A stretch of DNA of 64,000 nucleotides from positions 1,758 to 65,757 of the forward strand of contig DATIZN010000028.1 of assembly GCA_035517075.1 (NCBI GenBank), given 5' to 3'. Both the position numbers and the translations under genes were made by a program. The DNA is from Gaiellaceae bacterium. GTDB taxonomy: Bacteria > Actinomycetota > Thermoleophilia > Gaiellales > Gaiellaceae. Below, in pieces: positions 46,182-55,230 of this stretch (position 1 is its first letter; every line of letters starts with the position of its first letter). Under the pieces are notes generated by a model that did no database searches, was not told the DNA's origin, and worked only from the letters and a program-made list of their open reading frames with translations.

Positions 46182-48860
46182 TTGCCCTGGTTCCGTTTCC
46201 GGAAGAAGGATTCCGACCAAGAGCGCGCCGACGGCGCGCGCGAGCTCGAGGCGAGGCCCGAGCCCGAGTTGACCACTGATGCGGCCGCGGATGCGGCCGC
46301 GACAACCGATTCAGCCAAGCCCAAGCGCCGCCGCGGCAGCCGTGGCGGACGCGGGCGAAAGAAGGGCGGCGCCCCCGCGAAGGCCGAGGCCGCCGAGAAG
46401 CCGCAGAAGCAGGAGAAGGCGGACAAGCCGGCGCGGACCGAGCCGCGCAGGCAGCTCTCGCAGCGGCAGGAACGGCGCCGCGACCAGTCCCAGCGCCGCC
46501 GCCGCGAGCCGCCGCGGCGCGCCCCGCTGCCCGAGGCGAAGCGCGAGCTCGTCGTCTCGGTCGACGTCGGCGAGCGCCGCGTCGCCGTGCTCGAGGACGG
46601 CAGGGTCGCCGAGGTCTATCTCGAGCGCCCGGAGCGGCGGTCGATCGCCGGCAACATCTACCTCGGCAGCGTCGACAACGTGCTGCCCGGGATGGAGGCG
46701 GCCTTCGTCGAGATCGGCCTCGAGAAGAACGGCTTCCTCTACGTCGACGAGATCGTCGGCCCGGAGATCGAGAAGGGCCACGGCCGCAAGATCCAGGACC
46801 TGATCTCGCGCGGCCAGACGATCCTCGTTCAGGCGGTGAAGGACCCGATGAAGACGAAGGGCGCGCGGTTGACGACGCAGATCTCGCTGCCAGGCCGCTT
46901 CGTCGTCTTCGTCCCGCAGGGCGAGGGCCTCGGCGTCTCGCGCCGGCTCGACGACGGCGAGCGCGCGCGGCTGAAGGAGATCCTCAAGCGCCTCGACGTG
47001 AAGGAGGGCGGCGTGATCGTCCGCACCGCCGCCGAGGGTGCGTCCGAGGAGGACGTCGAGCGCGACCTCGTCTTCCTGCAACGGCTCTGGAAGTCGATCC
47101 AGGCGAAGGCGAAGGACGCGAAGGCGCCCGAGCTCGTCTACCAGGAGGCCGAGCTGCCGTTGCGGGTGACACGCGACCTGTTCACCGGCGACTTCGAGAA
47201 GGCGTACGTCGACGACGACCGGACGCACAAGCGCATCGTCGGCTACCTCAAGAAGACGTCGCCGCACATGGTCGAGCGAGTCGTCCGCTACAAGGATGCA
47301 GCGCCGCTGATGGAGGCGTTCGGCGTCGAGGAGGAGATCCGCTCGACGCTGCACCGGCGCGTCGACCTCCCGTCGGGCGGCTACCTCGTCTTCGACTACG
47401 CCGAGGCGTTCACTGTCATCGACGTCAACACGGGCCGCTTCGTCGGCGGCCGCGGCAGGAACTCCGGCGCGCGGCTCGAGGACACGATCACGAAGAACAA
47501 CCTCGAGGCGGTGAAGGAGGTCGTCCGCCAGCTGCGGCTGCGCGACATCGGCGGGATCATCGTCATCGACTTCATCGACATGGCGAACCCGAAGAACCGG
47601 GCCACCGTCGAGGAAGCGTTGCGGACGGAGCTCGAGCGCGACCGGACGAAGACGTACGTCGTCGAGATCTCGCCGCTCGGCCTCGTCGAGATGACGCGCC
47701 AGAACGTGACCGACGGCCCGCGCGAGGTGATGACGCGCAAGTGCCCGACGTGCGGCGGCGACGGCATCGTCTACTCCGAGGCGTCGGCGGCGATCGACGT
47801 CGAGCGGCGGCTGCGGGCGCTCGCTGCGGGCTCGCGCTCGCAGGCCTTCCGCGTCGAGCTCGCCGACTCGATCGCGAGCGCGCTCGTGGGGCCCGGCGCA
47901 CGGCGGCTGCTCGAGCTCGAGACGCTGACGAAGAAGAGGTTCTTCTTCGAGGGGAAGCCGGAGACCCACCTCGACCACTTCGTCGTCCTCGCCGAGGGGA
48001 AGCTCGCCGACGTCGCGCCCGAGTCGCCGGTCGAGGAGGGCGCCGAGGTGATGCTCCAGCTCGTCGAGGTCGACCGCTTCGACGGGGAGGCGGCGGTGGG
48101 CAAGCTCGACGGGCTCGACGTCGTCGTCGCGGAGGCGGCGCCGCTCGTCGGCAAGCGGCTGAGGGTGCGCATCGAGCGGGTGCTCGACGGCCGCGCGTAC
48201 GGCGCGCTCACGCGCAGGGCGAAGGCCGTGCCCGAGCCGCTCACGGCGGAGGGAGAGGCCGAGAAGCCGACCCGCAAGCCGCCGGCTCGCAGGGCGGCGC
48301 AGCCGGCCGAGAAGCGGGCCGAGGAGGTCGTCGAGGTCGAGGAGCCTCGGGCGCTCGACCTCGCGGAGGAAGAGATCGAGGAAGCCGCCGAGGACGCGGC
48401 TCCCGAGGCGGCCGCGGAGGCCGCCGCCGCGGAGGACGCGTCCAAGGCGAAGAAGAAGACGCGGCGCGGCTCGCGGGGCGGGCGCAACCGCAGGAAGAAG
48501 CCGGCAGCCGCGGCTGCGGAGACGGACGGTGCAGAGACGCCGCGCACGGTCACGATCCACGTTCCCGGCGAGGATCTCGGAGAGCCCGAGGAGCCCGAGC
48601 CCCCGGCCGGGCAGCCGGTCGTGCCCGAGGTGGCCGCCGAGAGCGCCGAGGAGGCGCCGAAGCCGAAGAAGAAGACGCGGCGCGGCTCGCGCGGCGGGCG
48701 CAACCGCAAGAAGAAGCCCGCCGCCGCGGCGCAGAACGGCGACGAGCCCGCGGCGGAGGCTGCGATCGAGCCGGCCGAGGCGCAGGAGCCGTCCGCGAAC
48801 GGCGACTGGGAGTACGTTCCGATGTCCGAGTGGGGCGACGAGATCGAGAGCGGCCGCTAG
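46182..48860 (+). CDS. rne: ribonuclease E/G with low-complexity N- and C-terminal extensions
   Basis: TTG 46182 lies 7 nt after GAAGGAG. The S1 domain is IAGNIYLGSVDNVLPGMEAAFVEIGLEKNGFLYVDEI, the catalytic core includes ...FTVIDVNTGRFVG...GGIIVIDFIDM..., and the Zn-link is CPTCGGDG. Confidence 0.93.
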   Translation: MPWFRFRKKDSDQERADGARELEARPEPELTTDAAADAAATTDSAKPKRRRGSRGGRGRKKGGAPAKAEAAEKPQKQEKADKPARTEPRRQLSQRQERRRDQSQRRRREPPRRAPLPEAKRELVVSVDVGERRVAVLEDGRVAEVYLERPERRSIAGNIYLGSVDNVLPGMEAAFVEIGLEKNGFLYVDEIVGPEIEKGHGRKIQDLISRGQTILVQAVKDPMKTKGARLTTQISLPGRFVVFVPQGEGLGVSRRLDDGERARLKEILKRLDVKEGGVIVRTAAEGASEEDVERDLVFLQRLWKSIQAKAKDAKAPELVYQEAELPLRVTRDLFTGDFEKAYVDDDRTHKRIVGYLKKTSPHMVERVVRYKDAAPLMEAFGVEEEIRSTLHRRVDLPSGGYLVFDYAEAFTVIDVNTGRFVGGRGRNSGARLEDTITKNNLEAVKEVVRQLRLRDIGGIIVIDFIDMANPKNRATVEEALRTELERDRTKTYVVEISPLGLVEMTRQNVTDGPREVMTRKCPTCGGDGIVYSEASAAIDVERRLRALAAGSRSQAFRVELADSIASALVGPGARRLLELETLTKKRFFFEGKPETHLDHFVVLAEGKLADVAPESPVEEGAEVMLQLVEVDRFDGEAAVGKLDGLDVVVAEAAPLVGKRLRVRIERVLDGRAYGALTRRAKAVPEPLTAEGEAEKPTRKPPARRAAQPAEKRAEEVVEVEEPRALDLAEEEIEEAAEDAAPEAAAEAAAAEDASKAKKKTRRGSRGGRNRRKKPAAAAAETDGAETPRTVTIHVPGEDLGEPEEPEPPAGQPVVPEVAAESAEEAPKPKKKTRRGSRGGRNRKKKPAAAAQNGDEPAAEAAIEPAEAQEPSANGDWEYVPMSEWGDEIESGR
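48450..48514 (+). repeat. 65-nt dispersed direct repeat, copy 1 (encodes KKKTRRGSRGGRNRRKKPAAAA)
   Basis: Nearly identical to 48666-48730, with about 5 mismatches by eye. The two copies are offset by 216 nt, in frame. Confidence 0.85.
48666..48730 (+). repeat. 65-nt dispersed direct repeat, copy 2 (encodes KKKTRRGSRGGRNRKKKPAAAA)
   Basis: See copy 1. A third, protein-level copy (KRRRGSRGGRGRKKGG) is encoded at 46317-46367. Confidence 0.85.
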
Positions 48861-48906
48861 GCGCTACACTGGTACGCCGCGGGCGCCAGGCCCGCGTTTC
48901 CACGCG

Positions 48907-49470
48907 ATGAGCACGTACGCGATCATCAGCCTCGGCGGCAAGCAGTACCGCGTCCAGGAGGGCGAGCGGCTGCTCGTGGACCGGCTCGGAGTGGACGAGG
49001 GCTCGACCCTCCAGCCGCGCGTGCTCCTCGTCGGCGGGAACGGCGCTCCCGATCTCTCGCCGTCGACCACGGTGACCGCGCGCGTCGTCGGCCACGAGCT
49101 CGGCGAGAAGATCCTGATCGGCAAGTACCGCAAGCGCACCGGCTACAAGCGCCACAACGGCTTCCGCAGCCGCCTTACGCGGATCGAGATCGAGTCGATC
49201 GGCGCCGCGAAGCGCGCGAAGTCCGCCGCCGCGAAGCCGAAGACGGAAGCCGCCGCGAAGGCGGAGACGCCGGCGCCGAAGAAGGCCGCGCCGAAGACGG
49301 AGACGGCGGCGCTGCCGGAAGGCTACGCCTCGATGACGATCGCGCAGCTCACGGAGGCGGCGGCGGGCTGGAGCCGCGGCGAGCTCGAGGCTGCGCTCGA
49401 GCACGAGCGCGGCGGCAAGGCACGGAAGGGCGCGCTCGCTGCGCTCGAGTCGGCACTGGAGGGGAAGTAA
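48907..49470 (+). CDS. rplU: 50S ribosomal protein L21 (bL21) with a C-terminal extension of about 85 aa
   Basis: The core is [27 protein letters not shown]...[37 protein letters not shown]-rich linker and ...[45 protein letters not shown] follow. Confidence 0.93.
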   Translation: MSTYAIISLGGKQYRVQEGERLLVDRLGVDEGSTLQPRVLLVGGNGAPDLSPSTTVTARVVGHELGEKILIGKYRKRTGYKRHNGFRSRLTRIEIESIGAAKRAKSAAAKPKTEAAAKAETPAPKKAAPKTETAALPEGYASMTIAQLTEAAAGWSRGELEAALEHERGGKARKGALAALESALEGK

Positions 49471-49721
49471 TGGCGCACAAGAAGGGACTCGGCTCGTCGC
49501 GCAACGGCCGCGACTCGAAGCCGAAGATGCTCGGCGTGAAGCTCTTCGCCGGCCAGGACGTGACCGCGGGGATGATCCTCGTCCGCCAGCGCGGGACGCG
49601 CTTCCGCCCCGGCCCCGGCGCCGGGATCGGCAAGGACGACACGATTTTCGCGACGCGCGACGGCAAGGTCGCGTTCAAGGCGAGCGGCGAGAAGCGCTTC
49701 GTCTCCGTCGAGCAGGCCTAA
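49470..49721 (+). CDS. rpmA: 50S ribosomal protein L27 (bL27)
   Basis: [48 protein letters not shown]... Confidence 0.97.
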   Translation: MAHKKGLGSSRNGRDSKPKMLGVKLFAGQDVTAGMILVRQRGTRFRPGPGAGIGKDDTIFATRDGKVAFKASGEKRFVSVEQA

Positions 49722-49933
49722 CGGTCGGCCAAGAGCTCTCGCGCGCGCGGCGCGTCGGCGGCGCGGACGACGATCTCCCGCGGCGCCCAGAGAGACGCGA
49801 GGCCGTCCCCGGCGCCGGCCGCATACGTTGTCGGCCGGTGGTAGCACGCAATGTTCTCGGTGCGAAGGAGCCCGCACACGACCTCCGCCTCGGGCTCGCT
49901 GCCGACGACCGTGATCCCCACTTCCTCGTCCAC
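49718..49933 (-). CDS. small DUF2007-like protein (71 aa)
   Basis: GTG start. ...[21 protein letters not shown]...[19 protein letters not shown] fits the DUF2007 pattern as I remember it. It is convergent with rpmA, and the two stop codons overlap. Confidence 0.5.
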   Translation of the reverse strand: MDEEVGITVVGSEPEAEVVCGLLRTENIACYHRPTTYAAGAGDGLASLWAPREIVVRAADAPRARELLADR

Positions 49934-49957
49934 GCGGCCACTCTACGCTTCCCCTCG

Positions 49958-51145
49958 ATGTTCCACGATCGCGCAAGATTGACGGTGATCGCCGGCCGCG
50001 GCGGCGACGGCGCGATCCACTTCCGGCGCGAGAAGTTCGTGCCGCGCGGGGGCCCGGACGGCGGCGACGGCGGCGACGGCGGCGACGTCGTGCTCCTCGC
50101 CGATCCGCGCCGGCGCGACCTCTCGGGCTTCCGGCCGAACCAGAAGCTGCGGGCGGAGCGCGGCGCCTCCGGCGGTGGCAAGCTCTCGAACGGCGCGCGC
50201 GGCCGGGACGCCGTCCTCGCGGTGCCCGTCGGGACGCAGGTGCTCGACGGCGAGGAGCGCGTCGTCGCCGATCTCGCGCATCCCGGCGCGCGGGCGGTCG
50301 TCGCCCGCGGCGGGAATGGCGGGCGCGGCAACAAGCGCTTCGCCGGGCCGACGCGCCAGACGCCGCGCTTCGCGGAGATCGGCCTGCCGGGCGAGGAGCG
50401 GCAGCTCGAGCTGCGTCTCAAGCTCCTCGCCGACGCCGCGCTCGTCGGCCTCCCGAATGCCGGGAAGTCCTCGCTGCTGACACGAATCTCGAACGCGCGG
50501 CCGAAGGTGGCCGAGTATCCGTTCACGACGCTCTCGCCCGTCCTCGGCACGGTGGAGGCGCCCGACGGACGCCAGCTCGTCGTCGCGGACGTGCCCGGCC
50601 TCATCGAGGGCGCGAGCGAAGGCATCGGGCTCGGGCACGAGTTCCTCGCCCACCTCGAGCGCGCGCGGCTGCTCGTGCACGTGATCGACTCGGCCGAGGA
50701 CGACGCGGAGGAGCGCTGGCGGACGATCGACGCGGAGCTCGGCGCGTACGGCGCGGGTCTCGACGAGCGGCCTCAGATCGTCGCCCTGAACAAGAGCGAT
50801 CTTCGTCCGGACGCGGCGCCGTTCGGAGTCGACGACCGGCGGATTCTGCGCGTCCTGCGGCTCTCGGCCGCGACCGGCGCCGGAGTCGAGGAGCTGAAGC
50901 GCACGCTCTTCGAGCTCGTGCCGGCGCTGGAGGAGCCGGACGAGCGGCGGGACGAGCTGGTCGACTTCCTCGTCTACCGGCCTCAACCGGCACGCCGCGC
51001 GTTCCGGGTCTTCCGCACGGAGCGCGGGTTCCGCGTCACCGGCACGGCGCCGCCCGACGACGTGCTCGAGGAGATCCTGCGCGCCGCCGGCGCCCGCGAG
51101 GGCGACGAGGTCGAGGTGGGGGAGGAGCTGCTGGAGTGGGAATAG
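49958..51145 (+). CDS. obg: GTPase Obg/CgtA
   Basis: MFHDRARLTVIAGRGGDGAIHFRREKFVPRGGPDGGDGGDGGDVVL...ADAALVGLPNAGKSSLL... Confidence 0.95.
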   Translation: MFHDRARLTVIAGRGGDGAIHFRREKFVPRGGPDGGDGGDGGDVVLLADPRRRDLSGFRPNQKLRAERGASGGGKLSNGARGRDAVLAVPVGTQVLDGEERVVADLAHPGARAVVARGGNGGRGNKRFAGPTRQTPRFAEIGLPGEERQLELRLKLLADAALVGLPNAGKSSLLTRISNARPKVAEYPFTTLSPVLGTVEAPDGRQLVVADVPGLIEGASEGIGLGHEFLAHLERARLLVHVIDSAEDDAEERWRTIDAELGAYGAGLDERPQIVALNKSDLRPDAAPFGVDDRRILRVLRLSAATGAGVEELKRTLFELVPALEEPDERRDELVDFLVYRPQPARRAFRVFRTERGFRVTGTAPPDDVLEEILRAAGAREGDEVEVGEELLEWE

Positions 51146-51741
51146 TCCTCTACGGCGGGCGCTTCGATCCGCCGCATCTCGGCCACGTCGCGGTCGCCGA
51201 CGCTGCGCGCGAGCGCTTCGGCGTCGAGCGCCTCGTCGTGCTCGTCTCCGAGCGTCCCGCCCACCGCGACGTCGCGGCGCCGGCGCAGGATCGGCTCGAC
51301 CTCGCGCGCGCGGCCTTTCCTCGCGACGACGTCCGGCTCGACCCGCATCCGCGCACGGTCGAGCTGCTGCGCGCGGCCGGGTTCGACGATCCGGTCTTCG
51401 TCGTCGGCGCCGACCAGTTCTGCGACTTCCTCGACTGGGCGGAGCCGGAGGAGGTGCTCGCGCGGGCGCGGCTCGCGGTCGCGACCCGGCCCGGCTTCCC
51501 GCGCGAGCGGCTCGACGCAGTGCTCTCCCGGCTCGCCGCGCCGGAGCGTGTCCTCTTCTTCGACCTGCCGCCGAACCCGAACGCGTCGACCGACGTGCGC
51601 GCCCGGGCTGCCGCCGGCGAGCCGCTCGCAGGGCTCGTCCCGCCGGCTGTCGACGCGCTGATCCGGGAGCGCGGGCTCTATCGTCCGCGGGACGCCGATA
51701 CACTGCAGCCGATTGCACCCGAGGACGCGAAGCAGCCCTGA
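51136..51741 (+). CDS. nadD: nicotinate-nucleotide adenylyltransferase
   Basis: GTG start overlapping the obg end. MGIVLYGGRFDPPHLGHVAVADAARE... Confidence 0.9.
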   Translation: MGIVLYGGRFDPPHLGHVAVADAARERFGVERLVVLVSERPAHRDVAAPAQDRLDLARAAFPRDDVRLDPHPRTVELLRAAGFDDPVFVVGADQFCDFLDWAEPEEVLARARLAVATRPGFPRERLDAVLSRLAAPERVLFFDLPPNPNASTDVRARAAAGEPLAGLVPPAVDALIRERGLYRPRDADTLQPIAPEDAKQP

Positions 51742-52094
51742 CCTCTCTCGAACATGCCCGTCGCATCGCCGCTCTCGCCCGCGAGAAGCTGGCGGAGGAC
51801 GTCGTCATCCTCGACATGCGGCCCGAGTGCTCGTTCACGGACTACTTCGTGATCGTCACGGGCCGGAACCCGCGCCAGACGGCCGCCGTCTGGGACGAGG
51901 TGCACACGCGGCTGAAGCACGACGAGAAGCTGCTGCCGCACAGCGTCGACGGCACGCGCGAGGGCGCCTGGATCGTCGCCGACTATCTCGACGTCGTGCT
52001 CCACGTCTTCACGCCCGAGGCGCGCGCGTACTACCGGCTCGAGGACCTCTGGGGCGACGTCCCGGCAGTCGACCTCGACGCGGCCGCGGTCTAG
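51738..52094 (+). CDS. rsfS: ribosomal silencing factor RsfS (probable CTG start inside a CTGA overlap with the nadD stop)
   Basis: The track ORF (ATG 51816, 92 aa) lacks the conserved N-terminus. Upstream in the same frame, with no stop, lies (L)TSLEHARRIAALAREKLAEDVVILDM. This aligns position for position with B. subtilis RsfS (recalled from memory) if CTG 51738 is codon 1. There is no ATG/GTG/TTG between the upstream stop and 51816. Confidence 0.85.
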   Translation: MTSLEHARRIAALAREKLAEDVVILDMRPECSFTDYFVIVTGRNPRQTAAVWDEVHTRLKHDEKLLPHSVDGTREGAWIVADYLDVVLHVFTPEARAYYRLEDLWGDVPAVDLDAAAV

Positions 52095-52844
52095 TCACGC
52101 CGACTTCAGGCCGCTCCGCGTGAGCAGGACGGCGGCCGTCTGCGTCGGCATCCCGGACACGAGCTTGCCGCCCATCCGGATGTCGAGATTCGGCGGGTCG
52201 CCGATGTCGATCCAGAGAGGCCCCTTCGTGAGCCGCACCGGCAGGGTCTGGCCCTGCTGGAGCGTGTTCTCGTAGAGCAGCGCCCCGCTCCGGCTCCCCT
52301 GCCGCACCTCGAGCCAGCAGGCGCCGCGCGTCGCGGAGAGCACCGCGCGCGTCGGCAGGGAGACCGGCGGCGTCGGGTGGTGGGCGCGGTGATGGTGCTT
52401 CGTCTGCTGCGTGGTCGTCTGCCCGGTCGTCGTCCCGCCGGTGTTTTGGCCCGCCGGCCGCGGGTTGCCGCTGCCGTGGAGCTGCCACGCGGCGACGGCG
52501 ACGACGGCGGCGACGAGCGCGAGCAGGAGGAGCGGCCGCCACAGCCCGCCGAAGCCGCCGGACGACCCCGGCCGCCCGAGCTGCTGCGGGACGAGCAGCT
52601 GGTCGTCGCGGCCCGCGAAACGGCTGTTGTACTCGTCGACGTAGAGATTGCCGTCGAGCCCGAGGAAGTCCGCGTACGTGCGCAGGAAGCCCTTGAGGTA
52701 CGCCTCCCCGGGCAGCAGCTCCCAGCGTTCCTCCTCGAGCGCGTTGAGGTAGCGGTCGCGGATGCGGATCGCCTTCTGGACGTCCTCGGACGACAGGCCG
52801 CGCCGCTCGCGCGCCTCGCGCAGGCTCGAGCCGATCTCGAACAC
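52095..52844 (-). CDS. rodZ: RodZ-like cytoskeleton protein (HTH + TM + DUF4115-like C-terminus)
   Basis: MFEIGSSLREARERRGLSSEDVQKAIRIRDRYLNALEEERWELLPGEAYLKGFLRTYADFLGLD..., a central TM helix, and the C-terminus ...CWLEVRQGSRSGALLYENTLQQGQTL... Confidence 0.85.
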   Translation of the reverse strand: MFEIGSSLREARERRGLSSEDVQKAIRIRDRYLNALEEERWELLPGEAYLKGFLRTYADFLGLDGNLYVDEYNSRFAGRDDQLLVPQQLGRPGSSGGFGGLWRPLLLLALVAAVVAVAAWQLHGSGNPRPAGQNTGGTTTGQTTTQQTKHHHRAHHPTPPVSLPTRAVLSATRGACWLEVRQGSRSGALLYENTLQQGQTLPVRLTKGPLWIDIGDPPNLDIRMGGKLVSGMPTQTAAVLLTRSGLKSA

Positions 52845-52908
52845 GCGCCAATTGTCGCCAATGCGCGCGCAAACCGCGACGGCTCCCTCGCTAGACTGGA
52901 TCGAACAC

Positions 52909-52981
52909 GGGGCCGTAGCTCAGCTGGGAGAGCGTCTGGCTGGCAGCCAGAAGGTCAGGGGTTCGAGCCCCCTCGGCTCCA
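52909..52981 (+). tRNA. tRNA-Ala (anticodon GGC)
   Basis: Hand-folded cloverleaf: acceptor GGGGCCG/CGGCTCC with the G3:U70 Ala identity pair, D-arm GCTC/GAGC, anticodon stem TCTGG/CCAGA with loop CTGGCAG, T-arm AGGGG-TTCGAGC-CCCCT, and discriminator A. CCA is not encoded. Confidence 0.95.
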
Positions 52982-53090
52982 TTCCGGCGAGTACGACTGG
53001 TGCTGCCACCAATGCGGATGCCGGGACGCGCCATAGTGCGGTGAGCGCGCCGCCGCGACGCTGGGTTCGACAGCGAAGCGGAGGTGGGAG

Positions 53091-55223
53091 ATGAACATCG
53101 CGGGGCGGATGGGGCGCTGGAGCGCCGCGCATTGGAAGACGGCGACGGTCGGGTGGCTCGCCCTGGTGGCGATCGCGCTGGTCGCCGGGCAGACCGTCGG
53201 GACGCGGAGCCTGACGACCGCCGAGCAGGCGCAGGCCGGCTCGGCGCGGGCCGAGCGGATCCTCGCCCGGGCCGGCTTCGAGCCGCCCGCGTCCGAGGGC
53301 GTGCTCGTGCAGTCGACGGTGGCACGGCCCGGCAGGCCGCTCTTCGCGGCGGCCGTGCGGGATCTCCGGAGGGCGCTCCGGCAGATGCCGCAGGTGGCCC
53401 GCGTGACCGGGACTGCCGTTTCGAAGGACGGCCGCTCGGAGCTCGTGACCTTCGACGTCGCCGGCAAGGCAGACAGCGCCGACCAGCGGATCCAGCCGGT
53501 GCTCGACCGCGTCGCCGCGGTGCAGCACGCACATCCCGGGTTCATGCTTCAGGAGGTCGGAGACGCGAGCGCGAATCGCGCTGCGAACACCGTGATCGAG
53601 CAGGACTTGAAGAGCGCCGAGGTGACGTCGGTGCCGGTGACGTTCGCCATCCTGCTGTTCGCGTTCGGCGCGTTCGTGGCGGCGGGCCTTCCGGTGCTCC
53701 TTGCTCTCTCCGCGGTGCTTGCGACAGTCGGGCTGGGGGCGGTCGTGAGCCACGTCATCCACGCCTCGAACACCACGTCGAGCGTCGTCGTCCTGATGGG
53801 GATGGCGGTCGGGGTCGACTACTCGCTCTTCTATCTCCGCCGCGAGCGCGAGGAGCGGGCGAGAGGCCGCGAGCCACGCGAGGCGCTCCACGCCGCAGCC
53901 GCCACCTCGGGGAGGGCTGTGCTCGTCTCGGGGCTGACCGTGGCCGTCGCCTGCGCCGGGATGATGCTCTCGGGGTCGGGTGACTTCGTGTCGATGGGCT
54001 TCGGCGCGATCCTCGTCGTGCTCGTGGCGATGATCGGCTCGCTCACGGTGCTGCCCGCGCTGCTCGGCCGGCTCGGAGACCGCGTCGACTGGGGGTCGCT
54101 CCGCTGGCTCAAGCGCGGCAACGGCGAGTCGCGCCTCTGGAACTTGGTACTTCGTCCGGCGCTTCGCTTCCCGCTCGTGGCGGCTCTCGTCGCCACGGCG
54201 GGGCTCGTTGTCGTCGCCTTGCCGGCCTTCGACATGCGCACGGCGAACCCGAGCTTCGACTCGTTCCCGAAGAACCTGCCGATCGTGAAGGCGTTCCACG
54301 CCGTGAACCGGGCCTTCCCGGGCACGCCGAGCCCGGCCGAGGTCGTCGTGTCCGCACCCGACGTGACAGCACCCGCGGTTCGGCGCGGCATCGGTGAGCT
54401 GAGGCGCCGCGCGCTCGCCACCGGACGGATGCACGCGCCGATCCGTGAGACCGTGAATGCAGCGCACACGGTCGCCCGCATCGAGATTCCGCTGGCCGGC
54501 AACGGGGACGACGCCGCCTCGGTCGCCGCGCTCGAGACGCTCCGCTCGAGGGTCATCCCCGCCACGATCGGCGCCGTGCCCGGCGTCGAGGCGCCTGTGA
54601 CGGGACAGACGGCGGACAGCTACGACTTCCGGCACACCATGGACGCACGCATGCCGTACGTGTTCGGGTTCGTCCTGCTCGTCGCCTTCGGGCTGCTGCT
54701 CGCGACGTTCCGGTCGATCGTCGTCCCGCTCACCGCAGTCGCGCTCAACATGCTCTCCGTGGGTGCGGCCTACGGGGCGCTCGTCTGGATCTTCCAGGAC
54801 GGCCACCTGCACGGCCTGCTCGGCTTCCAGCCGACCGGCGCGATCGTGACCTGGATGCCGCTGTTCCTGTTCACCGTGCTGTTCGGCCTCTCGATGGACT
54901 ACCACGTGTTCATCGTCAGCCGGATCCGCGAGCTCGTGCTGGGCGGGCGCACGACGAGGGAGGCGGTCGCGCAGGGGATCCGGACGACGGCGTCGACGGT
55001 GACCAGCGCCGCTGCCGTGATGATTGCCGTGTTCGCGATCTTCGCCTTCACTCGCACGATCTTCATGAAGGAGCTCGGGGTCGGTCTCGCCGTTGCCGTG
55101 CTCGTGGACGCGACCGTGATCCGCGGCGTGCTCCTGCCCGCGGTGATGACCGTCCTCGGCGAGCGCAACTGGTACCTGCCTCGCGTGCTTGCACGGATGC
55201 CGGAGCCGGCGGCAGAGGTCTAG
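53091..55223 (+). CDS. MMPL-family (RND superfamily) membrane transporter
   Basis: 710 aa with two 6-TM bundles and motifs such as ...VPVTFAILLFAFGAFVAAGLP...GVDYSLFYLRRERE... and ...FGLSMDYHVFIVSRIRE... Confidence 0.88.
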   Translation: MNIAGRMGRWSAAHWKTATVGWLALVAIALVAGQTVGTRSLTTAEQAQAGSARAERILARAGFEPPASEGVLVQSTVARPGRPLFAAAVRDLRRALRQMPQVARVTGTAVSKDGRSELVTFDVAGKADSADQRIQPVLDRVAAVQHAHPGFMLQEVGDASANRAANTVIEQDLKSAEVTSVPVTFAILLFAFGAFVAAGLPVLLALSAVLATVGLGAVVSHVIHASNTTSSVVVLMGMAVGVDYSLFYLRREREERARGREPREALHAAAATSGRAVLVSGLTVAVACAGMMLSGSGDFVSMGFGAILVVLVAMIGSLTVLPALLGRLGDRVDWGSLRWLKRGNGESRLWNLVLRPALRFPLVAALVATAGLVVVALPAFDMRTANPSFDSFPKNLPIVKAFHAVNRAFPGTPSPAEVVVSAPDVTAPAVRRGIGELRRRALATGRMHAPIRETVNAAHTVARIEIPLAGNGDDAASVAALETLRSRVIPATIGAVPGVEAPVTGQTADSYDFRHTMDARMPYVFGFVLLVAFGLLLATFRSIVVPLTAVALNMLSVGAAYGALVWIFQDGHLHGLLGFQPTGAIVTWMPLFLFTVLFGLSMDYHVFIVSRIRELVLGGRTTREAVAQGIRTTASTVTSAAAVMIAVFAIFAFTRTIFMKELGVGLAVAVLVDATVIRGVLLPAVMTVLGERNWYLPRVLARMPEPAAEV

Positions 55224-55230
55224 GGTCGTG

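Noticed and set aside
52982-53090. A genomic-island boundary at tRNA-Ala (integrase or att repeat).
   Set aside because: There is no integrase or recombinase ORF, and no visible direct repeat of the tRNA 3' end in the downstream 11 kb.
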